Shown here: positions 8,717 through 17,910 of the stretch, in pieces
Layout: every line of letters begins with the position of its first letter
Position numbering within the stretch: position 1 is the stretch's first letter
DNA from: Klebsiella phage vB_Kpn_AM_K4
Direction: 5' to 3' (one strand)
DNA: 32,000 nt
Sequence record: PP355766.1
The notes under the pieces: model-generated
Databases searched by the model: none
What the model was told of the DNA's origin: nothing
What the model saw: the letters and a program-made list of their open reading frames with translations, nothing else
Made by a program: the position numbers and the translations under genes

Positions 8717-9130
8717 TTCAGTTTGTAATTCCAAGTTATAAGCGTGCCGGGGCAGTAACTGCCCTGACTATGTTTCCTGAAGGTTATGTTCCACATCTTG
8801 TAGTACGTGAATCAGAAAAAGAAGCATACGAAACTTGGCACGGTCATGCTGCTAAAATCGTTACTGTCCCCGATGATGTTGATGGAATTGCAGGAACTCG
8901 TCGTCTGATTACTGAAATGTATGCAGGACAACGAATTTGGATGCTTGATGACGATACGACCATTCATCTGACTGAAATTCGTGAACGCGACGATCGCCGT
9001 GTTCCACTTGGTGTCGGCGAGGCAATGAGTCAAGAGGTATTTGATGATATGGTCAAATACGTAGAGACTGCTATGGATTGTGGTTATTATCATGGTCATG
9101 CTCGCTTGCCGATTTTCAAAATTGTAAGAA
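8707..9130 (+). pseudogene. Candidate DNA-hypermodification glycosyltransferase (TAGT/GT-A-like), C-terminally truncated
   Basis: 'IQFVIPSYKRAGAVTAL', 'VPDDVDGIAGTRRLITEMYAGQRIWMLDDDTTIHLTEI'; the start overlaps the gene 42 end; the coding signal stops where the dda fragment begins. Confidence 0.6.
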
Positions 9131-9640
9131 ATCTTTATGAGTGAAGAATGGACTCAGTGCAGGTTCATTACTTCCAGGTTCTACCGGACGTATCTGAGCC
9201 TTATCACCAATGGCAATGACAATACACCAGGCAGGAATAGTTGCCATCAAAATCTTAAACAGCTTACGGTCATACATTGAAGCTTCATCGCAGATGAGAA
9301 CTCGAATAGATGCCATATCCGGAACTTTCTTTTGTTCAAACAGAACGTTTTCTTCATATGTCGTCGGGTTAATTTTCAGAAGACTATGAATAGTACTGGC
9401 CTGCATTCCGCTGAGCTTAGATAAAACCTTTTTGGCCCCATGCGTAGGTGCTGCCAACGCAATGCCAGAGATACCCTGAGAAATCAAAGCGTCAATGATA
9501 AATTTGGTTAAAGTTGTTTTACCTGTACCGGCAGGTCCATTAATCGTAATATGTTGACCTTTAGCTCCTTGTTTGACCATTTCAATGACTTTATTAAAAA
9601 TCGCTTTTTGACTTTCTTTTAATTGGTCAAACGTAATCAT
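9130..9640 (-). pseudogene. dda: Dda helicase, N-terminal fragment
   Basis: 'HITINGPAGTGKTTLTKFIIDALIS', 'IALAAPTHGAKKVLSKLSGMQASTIHSLLKI', 'VLICDEASMYDRKLFKI'; stops at 'SPFFTHKDFLQ', which in T4 is followed by 'CELTEVKRS...'. Confidence 0.92.
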
Positions 9641-9951
9641 GCCACTTTTACCCTCACTACATGTAGATTTTTAATTTTTGCTTTGAGTTTTTCGCGCTCA
9701 ACATCGCTAAGTGGTTCATACACCAGCTCAGATGTTTTCCACCAAAGCATCCCTTTGGTTTTGCTTTTCCCAGTAAAATTCCCTTTTGCTAATTTGTCTG
9801 TTAAAACCGACATTGTACGAATCCGTGCTTTATTGGCTGATTCTTCATTAGTGAAGACCACACATCGTTCTCCATCGTACATATCAGTTGTGACTGGATG
9901 GTCAAATCCGTCTTTATCCTTATACGCTACTACATATCCATAGTGTTGCAT
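9637..9951 (-). CDS. Conserved hypothetical between dda and srd
   Basis: 104 aa ORF co-directional with dda and srd. Confidence 0.6.
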   Translation of the reverse strand: MQHYGYVVAYKDKDGFDHPVTTDMYDGERCVVFTNEESANKARIRTMSVLTDKLAKGNFTGKSKTKGMLWWKTSELVYEPLSDVEREKLKAKIKNLHVVRVKVA

Positions 9952-10709
9952 TACATTTTACCTCTCAAAAGTTGGAAGAAGGACGCAGTCAATGGAAGAC
10001 CTTTTTTCAATTTTAACTTATCTAACATTGAGCATTCTTCTAACCGACGAAGTGAGTTAACAATTAACCGTATTGATTGTACACGGATTTCAGCATCTGA
10101 CGGACGATTCGGAACTGACGCTAAAATAGCAGATAACTTACGCTCAACTTTAGCTAATTCAGACTTACCACCACTGATACGAGTTCTCAATGCATTAATA
10201 AGTTCTAAATCTGCCGAGGTTGCAGTTCCATTCTTTTCTTTTTGCACAAATTGAGAAAGATGATTTTCGCGATTACGTAAGTTAGTTTTAATTGATGCGA
10301 TAGTTTTTTCATACTCGCTAATCTTTTCCAAGCGAGACGCTTCTTTATCACTTGTAGGTTTAACAGAATCAGAAGAGCGAACTATGCGTGCCGCAATTTC
10401 ATTCGCTTTTCGTTCAAGGCCTTCAATCGTATTATTTCCACGCAAAGTATTATACTTTTGCTTAACAGGAATAACATTCCCCATTACATATCCCAAGTCA
10501 TTATTCCAACGCTCGAGCGTCATGCTGTCAGGATGATTTCCTTTAACAGTTCCAAACTTTTCGCCTGAGTATGCACAGTGTGTCTGTTGCATGATGTTAA
10601 ACAGATATTCTGGGGTGAGATTGAACTCCTTGTGCCGACGTTGAGCAGAACCTAAAGTTGTAATTAAACGAGTATAAACTTTAGCGGTTTCAGCAGTAAA
10701 TTTCATCAT
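9951..10709 (-). CDS. srd: Srd-like protein with an HNH-like N-terminal region
   Basis: 252 aa at the expected T4 location between modA/B and dda; 'THCAYSGEKFG...PDSMTLERWNNDLGYVMGNVIPVKQKYNTLRG'. Confidence 0.7.
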   Translation of the reverse strand: MMKFTAETAKVYTRLITTLGSAQRRHKEFNLTPEYLFNIMQQTHCAYSGEKFGTVKGNHPDSMTLERWNNDLGYVMGNVIPVKQKYNTLRGNNTIEGLERKANEIAARIVRSSDSVKPTSDKEASRLEKISEYEKTIASIKTNLRNRENHLSQFVQKEKNGTATSADLELINALRTRISGGKSELAKVERKLSAILASVPNRPSDAEIRVQSIRLIVNSLRRLEECSMLDKLKLKKGLPLTASFFQLLRGKM

Positions 10710-10786
10710 GTTTTCCTCAAAAATGCTTTCGTCTTACGGACGGTATAATGGGTCTAGGTCCCTAGTTCTAGATAATCACTAGTTGA

Positions 10787-10950
10787 CTAAGCTATAGTAA
10801 CACTAAAGTAGTCCATAAGTAAACCAGATTTTTCAACTTTGTTATGACCCACCACTTTGAACTTAGTTCCCATCGGTAGCATCCTTTCTTGTTCTTTATC
10901 AATCATCTCGATGTCAGCGCTTCTGCGCTGAGCAATGTTATCAATCAACA
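10787..10950 (-). pseudogene. ModA/ModB-like mono-ADP-ribosyltransferase, C-terminal fragment
   Basis: 'EQERMLPMGTKFKVVGHNKVEKSGLLMDYFSVTIA' is typical of the T4 Mod/Alt C-terminus. Position next to srd agrees. Confidence 0.55.
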
Positions 10951-11633
10951 CGGTCATTAAATAACTGAACATATTGCCAGTTCTGTCCTTTATCATTTGA
11001 TACCTTGACCATGTGTTGGAATCTTTCAAACAGATACAAAATTCCGTCTATTTCTCCCAGCATAGTTCTATTTTTATCAACACACACTGCTTCAATAGGT
11101 CCCTGAATTTCATGATATCCAGATTCACCTACAACGAAGTTTTCAATAGCTGATAAATGAGAATATTCAGGACTAAACTGAAAAGACTCAGTCATCAAAG
11201 ATGCCATCATGGCAGATGTGTTGAAGTTAACATACGACATGTTGTTTAAAGAAAACTTCTGTTTAATGAATTCTTTCACTAAACTGAATTCTTGCATGTG
11301 CTCAAATGTGTATGCGTTTTCTTCAAAAGTTTGGAACTCTTCTGTTTCAACCCATTCAGACGGCTCAAACCCTGCTGACGTAGTTTGAACACGCATTTTA
11401 TAATAAGTAAGCGGTTCAATACGATTTTGTTCGAACCAATCATTATCCGCGGTATAACCCAGTGAAGACCAACTCAAGTTATCAGCGGGGATAACTTCCC
11501 CCGCTCTGTTTCGAGTTTCGGCCAGTTCTACAAAATAGTAGAAGTTTGCACCAACGTCATCCCAACGAATATTGACCTGATTCGCAGATAGCTTATGAAT
11601 TCGTAAGCTGGTGACGAACGGTGCAATTGTCAT
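10945..11633 (-). pseudogene. 7: Baseplate wedge gp7, N-terminal fragment
   Basis: 'FVTSLRIHKLSANQVNIRWDDVGANFYYFVELAET...ESFQFSPEYSHLSAI...GYHEIQGPIEAVCVDKNR...KVSNDKGQNW' matches the T4 gp7 N-terminus; cut after 'LFNDRV'. Confidence 0.88.
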
Positions 11634-12396
11634 TGAGTAATAGGCTCCAATTTAATAGTTGTGTATTGAGGACGAAGGTCATTCTCAAATACGATAAGTG
11701 TTCCATCGCGGGCGAATATGATATCCTGAGTAGGAGTAGAATAAAGCTCAATACTCTGGTCTTCAAACTGAAGAGGATCGGCTCCAATAGCTCCAAGGCT
11801 CCAGTAAATATTATCACCATAATAATCTACTTCACCGATTTTGTACCAACGAGTTCTTTCTCCATTAGTAGTTCTATCAAAATCGTCTTCAGTATATGGC
11901 TGAATATGAGTATTCTCTTTAATATCACCTGGTTTAAATGGTCCAATGACCATATTTCCTTTACCATTTTTATCTGGGTCAGTTCCAACGATATTAACTG
12001 GATATGAATCTGCAGTTGGAGTGACAGTAAAGACCAAATCACCAGAACGTAACGTCCGCGGAGTAATAGTATTATAGTATTTAATACCTGCGCTAGGAAG
12101 AGTGAAATAGTTGACAATTTCACGAACCATCTGAATATCAACAGAAGAACCGATGATTGAATGGTCAGTATCATCAATATAGGTCAATAATTTAGATTTA
12201 CTGAAATTTTTGTTAAACATTTCAACTTCATCAACGTAATATCTATTAATTGAGTCTATAATTTTTGACTGTAACCACTGCTCAGATTCTTGTAACTTAT
12301 TCAGCGCATAAGAAGCTTTAATATTATGACGAATGAATAAGTAATCTGGGCTCATTACCGAAGGAGTAATCGGAGCAAGACAGAAAGGTTTTAGAT
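11630..12396 (-). pseudogene. 6: Baseplate wedge gp6, C-terminal fragment
   Basis: The frame continues upstream of the called Met as 'DIQDYLKPFCLAPITPSVMSPDYLFIRHNIKA'; ends 'IIFARDGTLIVFENDLRPQYTTIKLEPI'. Order 6-7 as in T4. Confidence 0.85.
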
Positions 12397-12420
12397 AATC
12401 CTGAATGTCTTCTCAAATTA

Positions 12421-12497
12421 CTCCGTATAGCTCAGTCTGGTAGAGCGCTCCATTTGGGATGGAGAGGTCGAATGTTCGAGTCATTCTATGGAGACCA
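12421..12497 (+). tRNA. tRNA-Pro(TGG)
   Basis: Acceptor ctccgta/tatggag, D stem gctc/gagc, anticodon arm ctcca-tttggga-tggag, T arm gaatg-ttcgagt-cattc, 3' acca encoded. Confidence 0.85.
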
Positions 12498-12503
12498 AAT
12501 TAA

Positions 12504-12647
12504 CGGTATGACACAATACAAGATGGTGTAAGCTGAGTAGCGGGATTGCAGTCTCGTTCAGATATGCTATCGAGTATGGGTGATATATTAAACACATGGA
12601 TTCTGCAAAGTCAATGTGACTCGGTTCGAGGCCGGGCATACCGTCCA
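12504..12647 (+). ncRNA. 144-nt tRNA-like stable RNA, candidate homologue of the T4 tRNA-cluster species 1/2 (band C/D) RNAs
   Basis: 7-bp acceptor cggtatg/cataccg, T-arm ctcgg-ttcgagg-ccggg, encoded 3' tcca, about 70 nt of extra internal sequence including helices cggga/tctcg and cacat/atgtg. Confidence 0.65.
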
Positions 12648-12825
12648 ATCACTTGCCATTGAGAATTATATTATGAAATATTACGGCTTCAAAACATCCC
12701 ATTTCGGGAAAGCATATCGTACAGAAAACATTGATAGACGTCGAGCATATTACGAATCACTGCATAAAGCAGGACGTTCTCGTGCACGACAAGAAGGCCA
12801 AAAACAAGCGAAGGAAATAGAATGA
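12616..12825 (+). CDS. Hypothetical protein; the true start is probably Met at about 12673
   Basis: MKYYGFKTSHFGKAYRTENIDRRRAYYESLHKAGRSRARQEGQKQAKEIE; the listed start lies inside the upstream ncRNA. Confidence 0.5.
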   Translation: MTRFEAGHTVQSLAIENYIMKYYGFKTSHFGKAYRTENIDRRRAYYESLHKAGRSRARQEGQKQAKEIE

Positions 12826-13190
12826 ATATTTTTATTGGTGTATCAAATGACGTAAATGCTATTACGGTGAAGCTGTCTTTGGATGGACCGGTTAATTTAG
12901 CATTAGGGCTTTCATCTTGTGCTAAACGGGATTTAATGATTAACGCTGACTTTGCATATGCATTTGATGAACGCAAAGGTATGTGGGTTTGGATTAAATA
13001 TCGATACGACACATTACTCAAATATGAGTACTTTAGTGAACGTGATATTCAAGAAATTATTGCTTATCACTCTGGGTGTAAAATTAATAAACTGCGGCAA
13101 GTTACTCCGTTAACCGCTGATACTAATGTAGAGCAACTTGTATTAGATTTTAAACAAATTTGCCAGGCGAAATATGATGAAAGATTCTAA
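12822..13190 (+). CDS. Hypothetical phage protein
   Basis: 122 aa ORF, overlapping start/stop with neighbours. Confidence 0.6.
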   Translation: MNIFIGVSNDVNAITVKLSLDGPVNLALGLSSCAKRDLMINADFAYAFDERKGMWVWIKYRYDTLLKYEYFSERDIQEIIAYHSGCKINKLRQVTPLTADTNVEQLVLDFKQICQAKYDERF

Positions 13191-13407
13191 AGGTCGAGAA
13201 GTACAAGTTGGTGATATCGTTTTCTACGGAGAACGCACATACAATAAAGGTGGTCGCGGTTCTATGAAGTGTGGCCGTATTACTGATATTGCTTCAGGAT
13301 TGGCTAAAGTAGATAACGACTACGTTGCAATGCGAAGCAAATCATTCGTTAAGGTTTCTCCTATGTTCGCAACAATGTGGGAAAACGGAACGATTTTCGA
13401 GATTTAA
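13174..13407 (+). CDS. Hypothetical protein with possible SH3/KOW-like barrel
   Basis: 77 aa; 'GREVQVGDIVFYGERTYNKGGRGSMKCGRITDIASGLAKVDNDYV'. Confidence 0.55.
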   Translation: MMKDSKGREVQVGDIVFYGERTYNKGGRGSMKCGRITDIASGLAKVDNDYVAMRSKSFVKVSPMFATMWENGTIFEI

Positions 13408-13461
13408 TGCTACAAGAATAACCTGTTATTATTACTACATCAAAACAAACAAGGAAAAAGA

Positions 13462-13686
13462 ATGAAACGTATCGCACTGATTGTTGACCAAGAAGCTATG
13501 TTCGCTGCTACCGGTAAATTTCATCCGGTGAGTAAATTTGTTGCTCGCAGCGAGAAAATCGTTGGTCTGGTAGAAACTGTCGCAGGTGATGTAATTGTTT
13601 CTATTAAAACATCTGAAATTTCTCCGGTGGTTAAAGTAGCAGTTAAAAATGACTTCTGGGAAGTAGCTGATTTTATGTGTGAGTAA
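13462..13686 (+). CDS. Hypothetical phage protein
   Basis: 74 aa ORF preceded by AAGGAAAAAG. Confidence 0.55.
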   Translation: MKRIALIVDQEAMFAATGKFHPVSKFVARSEKIVGLVETVAGDVIVSIKTSEISPVVKVAVKNDFWEVADFMCE

Positions 13687-13719
13687 TTCTGCCTAGCAGG
13701 TGGATAAGCCCGACAAGGC

Positions 13720-13739
13720 GCCCTCTTCGGAGGGCTTTT
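13720..13739 (+). terminator. Rho-independent terminator
   Basis: GCCCTC-TTCG-GAGGGC-TTTT. Confidence 0.85.
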
Positions 13740-13764
13740 ATAAAAGTCGTAAGATTTCTATAAA

Positions 13765-13841
13765 GGCCCTGTAGCTCAATTGGTAGAGCGTTCCCCTCAT
13801 AAGGGATTGGTTGCATGTTCGAGTCTTTGCCAGGGTCACCA
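13765..13841 (+). tRNA. tRNA with CAT anticodon (Met or Ile2) with an irregular T stem
   Basis: Acceptor ggccctg/cagggtc, D stem gctc/gagc, anticodon loop ctCATaa, 3' acca; the T arm gcatg-ttcgagt-ctttgc has one extra base and mismatches. Confidence 0.7.
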
Positions 13842-13842
13842 A

Positions 13843-14155
13843 ATTTACTAGGCTCTGCTAGCCCAAAAACAACCAAATTAAAGCCTGTTTCCCATATACC
13901 TGATAAGGACCCACGAGAATCAAGTAATACGTTCCACGAAGCACTGTTCTTATCAATCCAAGCGCCGCGAACCTTAGGTCCTGTCGCAGGGTTGTTACCT
14001 GAAATAGTTATACTAGCATTCCAGACGTTTCTTCCGATCATACTAGACATCATAAATGGTGTTCCCAACCTTAATTTTGCTCCAGCTGCAATCATTGAAG
14101 ATTCTCCTGTTACAGCTTTAGCTGAGCTTCCTACATTAGGACCTGTTACTGCCAT
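13843..14155 (-). pseudogene. 38: T2-type gp38-like receptor adhesin, N-terminal fragment
   Basis: 'MAVTGPNVGSSAKAVTGESSMIAAGAKLRLGTPFMMSSMIGR...WNVLLDSRGSLSGIWETGFNLVVFGLAEPSKFG'; directly downstream of a gp37-like C-terminus; runs into the antisense of the tRNA. Confidence 0.7.
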
Positions 14156-14192
14156 GATATCTCCTCAAAGATGGGGCCGAAGCCCCATAACA

Positions 14193-15240
14193 TTATTTAG
14201 ATTTAAGTTCTTCAATTTCTGCTTTAAGCTCTTTAACAGATTCGACTAATAACGCAATTACTGCATTATAGTTTAAACGAAGTAATGCATCTTTATCGTT
14301 ATCAGTTGTAACTGCTTCAGGAAGAACTTCCTGCACTTCTTGTGCGATAAGGCCAGCTGATGGTTTAGTATCACCATTTGGAAGCTGTAAATCATAAACA
14401 TTACCAGATAGCTTCGACACTTTATCAAGAGCGTTATCAATCTTAGCAATATTTGATTTCACACGACGGTCAGAACGAATTTCAACGTCCCAGAAATTAC
14501 CAACACCTTCAACGCGTAGATTAGCAGCACTACCCCAGATTTTTACCCCAGTATCTGTAAGTGCTAACCACTGGTCAACTCCAGAGGCGTTATAGAAATG
14601 CCATCCAGCGCGAACATATTCACCCGACTGCCACGCGTTAAAGCTATCGAAAAACGTATCACCGCGCTGTAAACGTATTCCATTTACAGTGTTCCCAGTA
14701 TCTGTGTTTCCTGGTGCTAAGTGGGCTAATTGCAGATATCCATCATTTCTGAATACAAGCTCTCGACCACTTTGGTTACGGATAATCATGTCGCCATTTT
14801 GGCCGTTAGACCAAATAACGCCTCTGGTGTTACCAGCTGAATCGCGGAACCAGTAGTTAGAGTTTGTACCAGCTGAACCGGCATCGCAGTAAACATTACC
14901 GTTTTTAGCAAAAAGACCACCAGCATTGGTTGTGTCAGCGGCGACTAAGTTTCCGCTAGAAACTTTAAGACTGCTACTAACATCTAACCCGCCTCTTAGA
15001 GTACTTTTACCATCAACTTCTAACTGCCATGTTTTTAATCTGGTGCCAGTTACGTCAAGGTTACCAGTTACAGTACCACCCGCTAACGGAAGATACGTGT
15101 CCCCAGCATTACTAATAGCAGAAGCAACCTTATCATCAACATATTTCTTGTTGGTGGCTTGGTTATTCTGCGTAGGAGCATCGGCAATTTGCACATACTT
15201 GGTAGTAGGAACAATAATACCGCCGTTGGCATTAATAACG
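14193..15240 (-). pseudogene. 37: Long tail fibre distal subunit (gp37-like), C-terminal fragment with S74 intramolecular chaperone
   Basis: 'RSDRRVKSNIAKIDNALDKVSKLSGNVYDLQLPNG...AGLIAQEVQEVLPEAV...LNYNAVIALLVESVKELKAEIEELK'; the frame extends upstream to the seam near 15240. Confidence 0.8.
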
Positions 15241-16501
15241 CTAAAATTACATGATGCAGGTTTTTTACAGAAATACCCGTAGAGAATACACCGTAACTTG
15301 CGACGATAATAATTCCCTTTCCGTTTTCTGCCATAGCCTTTAAAGCATTACGTGTTTCAGTATTAACTTCACCTGATACGTAATAAACTTGCTCATGACC
15401 AGTAGCTTTAATCATCTCGAATAGCTCTTTACCATGAGCTACATGTTTAAACATCACAAAAGCGTTTTCATCACGCGATGCTAGCTTAGCAGCTAGATTA
15501 GCAACCCAACGGTTTCTTTTCTTAACATTGGTGATGAATTTAATTTCTTCTTGATACGTTTTGCCTTTTAAAGCATTTGCTGCTGCATCCGGGTATCTTA
15601 AGAAGATTGTATTAATTTTAAGCTCAGTTACTTGTCCGTCTTCCATTAACTTAGAAGTTGATACCGGACGGAAGATTTCACCAAACATGCCAACATATTG
15701 CATGATATTAGCTTTGCCGTCTTTAAGAGAACCAGACAGTCCGTACTTAAACATGCAATTGGTGAGACCCGCAATGATTGTTGAAATTGACTTTCCTGTT
15801 GCAAGATGGCATTCATCATTCATCATCATGCCGAATTGAGAAAACCATTCTTTAGGCTGCTTAACAGCGGTCTGCCATGTAGATACATAAACTAATGCGT
15901 TGGAATCACGAGCAGTACCACCTCGAATACCCAGCATAGCATTGCGAGGAAATAAACGATAATCACAAAAATCATCAATCATCTGGTCAACTAACGCTGT
16001 GGTAGGAACGATGATAAGAATTTTGCCTTCGTAATTTTCTACATAATAACGAGCAAGTAATGCCTGAATAAGAGACTTACCGGCAGACGTTGGAAGATTA
16101 AGAATTCTACGTCGATTAACTAGACCTTCATATACAGCATCTTTCTGATACCAGTGTGGCTCAATCTTAGTTAATCCTGAATAAATTTCTTTAGATGCTA
16201 ACCACGTGTCAAAATCCTCCCGTGAAAGAGTTTCTTGCTCGAATATAGCTGGATCGAAATAAGCTTTATATCCGAATTGGTCAGCGAATTTTCTAATTTG
16301 GCCAACAAGACCAAACGGTAAGAGACGATTATAATCTAGCAGACGAATTCGTCCATCCCAATGTCCATAACGATATTTCGGGTTGAATCTGTATCCATCG
16401 GCTTCGAAGCTAAAATAGTCTCTGAGTTCATAGAAAATTGAGTCATCACACTCAATATGAACATGACTAAAATCTTTAAATTTGACTTGGATGTCGTGCA
16501 C
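15237..16501 (-). pseudogene. uvsW: UvsW helicase, truncated at the C-terminus
   Basis: 'FSFEADGYRFNPKYRYGHWDGRIRLLDYNRLLPFGLVGQI', 'LNLPTSAGKSLIQALLARYY', 'MMMNDECHLATGKS', ends 'YGVFSTGISVKNLHHVILA' then out-of-frame tail-fibre sequence. Confidence 0.92.
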
Positions 16502-16517
16502 TGTACTATCCTCAGTT

Positions 16518-16525
16518 TATAAATA
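16518..16525 (+). promoter_or_regulatory. T4 late promoter box TATAAATA
   Basis: Exact late consensus octamer on the plus strand. Confidence 0.45.
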
Positions 16526-16531
16526 CAATCA

Positions 16532-16539
16532 TATTTATA
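16532..16539 (-). promoter_or_regulatory. T4 late promoter box TATAAATA upstream of uvsW
   Basis: Reverse complement of TATTTATA; 31 bp upstream of the uvsW ATG. Confidence 0.65.
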
Positions 16540-16559
16540 CATTACATGAGGCACACCCA

Positions 16560-16709
16560 ATGCTAGATAAAGACTATATTAAAGAAATTCAGATTATAGG
16601 TAACTTCTTGCTTCCAGAGGGCAAAGACCCGGGAGACCTAGATGCTGAAGAAGTCGACCAGCTCATCAGAAACGTAGAAATCTTGATTGCCGAACATGTC
16701 AAGATTTGA
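16560..16709 (+). CDS. Hypothetical small protein, probably from the T5-like block
   Basis: MLDKDYIKEIQIIGNFLLPEGKDPGDLDAEEVDQLIRNVEILIAEHVKI; co-directional with the polymerase. Confidence 0.5.
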   Translation: MLDKDYIKEIQIIGNFLLPEGKDPGDLDAEEVDQLIRNVEILIAEHVKI

Positions 16710-16776
16710 TATAATAATTGGGTAAGTTTGAGAAGAAACACTGACGTTTTACTTGCTTACCTAATAGGAGAAATCA

Positions 16777-17910
16777 ATGAAAATTGCAGTTGTAGACAAA
16801 TCACCGAATAACGTCCGCTATCAGAAACACTTCGAACTCTTCGACCATGAGGTTGAGACCTTCTTCATGGCTAGTGAGAAAGTAACCGGGCGACTGCTCA
16901 AGAAACATATCACTATCGGAACACCGGAGAACCCGTTCAATCCGGAAGATTTTGATTACGTTATTCTGGTAGGTGCAGACCCGTTCTTGAAGTTTGCAGC
17001 TAAGAAAGGCATTTCCGATTACTCAGGTAAACGTGTTGAGCACGATGGGTACGCTAACTGGATTGCAAGTATCAGTCCGGCCCAGCTCCACTTTAAGCCG
17101 GAAATGAAGCCTGTATTTGAAGCCACAGTAGAGAGCATTCATGCCATTCTCAATGGTCGTGAAAAACGCTCCAAGGCAGGTGATTACCGCCCGATTCAGT
17201 GCCCGGATGAAGCCGAAGCGTATGTGAAGATGGTGTATACCATGTGTCCTGGCATGATCGCATATGACTCCGAAACCAGTGCGCTGTACTGCCGAGATGG
17301 TTACATGCTGGGGATCTCAATCTCCCACCAAGAGTATCAGGGCGTGTATATTGATGCAGACGTCATCACAGAAAATACCGTCTATTACTTACAGAAGCTG
17401 TTCGATAGCCCGGAACATGGCGTTGTGTTCCATAACTTGAAGTTTGATATGCACTTCTACTGCTATCACTTAGGTCTATCCTTTGATAAGGCAGCAGAAG
17501 AGAAACGCCTCCACGATACCATGCTGATGCACTACGCCCTAGATGAACGACGTGGTACACACGGTTTGAAATCTTTGGCGATGAAGTATACCGATATGGG
17601 GGACTACGATTTTGAACTCGACCAGTTCAAGGAGACGTATTGCAAGACGCATAAGATCAAGAAAGAGGATTTCTCGTATGATCTCATTCCGTTTGATATC
17701 ATGTGGCCTTACGCAGCGAAGGATACCGATGCAACACTGCGTCTATCCAATTTCTTCCTGCCAAAAGTAGAAGCTAACCCTCGACTGAAGTCTCTGTATT
17801 ACGATGTACTGATGCCGGGATGTGTATTCCTACAGCGTATGGAAGACCGTGGTGTACCGATCTCCAAAGATCGTCTGAAAGAGGCTCAGGTTCAGTTAAT
17901 GACTGCGCTA
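16777..17910 (+). pseudogene. T5-like family A DNA polymerase, N-terminal/3'-5' exonuclease region, truncated
   Basis: 'MKIAVVDKSPNNVRYQKHFEL...'; exonuclease motifs 'MIAYDSETSAL', 'VVFHNLKFDMHFY', 'YAAKDTDATLRL'; the polymerase domain is absent. Confidence 0.8.

Noticed and set aside
7313-9130. Self-contained cargo element inserted in dda
   Set aside because: The imm-42 adjacency is native T4-like order, and the last gene is truncated at the join with no terminal repeats or recombinase seen, so it does not qualify as a defined mobile element.
10741-10760. Plus-strand TATAAT promoter near 10751
   Set aside because: A TATAAT box is present but no supported plus-strand gene follows; surrounding genes are on the minus strand.
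10787-11029. Full 80-aa ORF as one protein
   Set aside because: The first ~26 aa are an alternate frame of gp7; only the part from about 10950 downwards looks like a Mod-type C-terminus.
13673-14249. ORF extensions across the tRNA at 13765..13841 (C-terminal part of 13673..14155 and ORF 13815..14249)
   Set aside because: The minus ORF after 'EPSKFG' is translated from antisense tRNA and terminator sequence; 13815..14249 is antisense to gp38.
15083-15236. Hydrophobic C-terminal extension of UvsW (LLMPTAVLLFLLPSMCK...)
   Set aside because: Out-of-frame translation of the gp37 fragment after the seam, not a membrane anchor.
17820-17910. N-terminal 30 residues of the 882-aa ORF (MCIPTAYGRPWCTDLQ...)
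   Set aside because: Alternate reading frame of the polymerase segment, not a real N-terminus.
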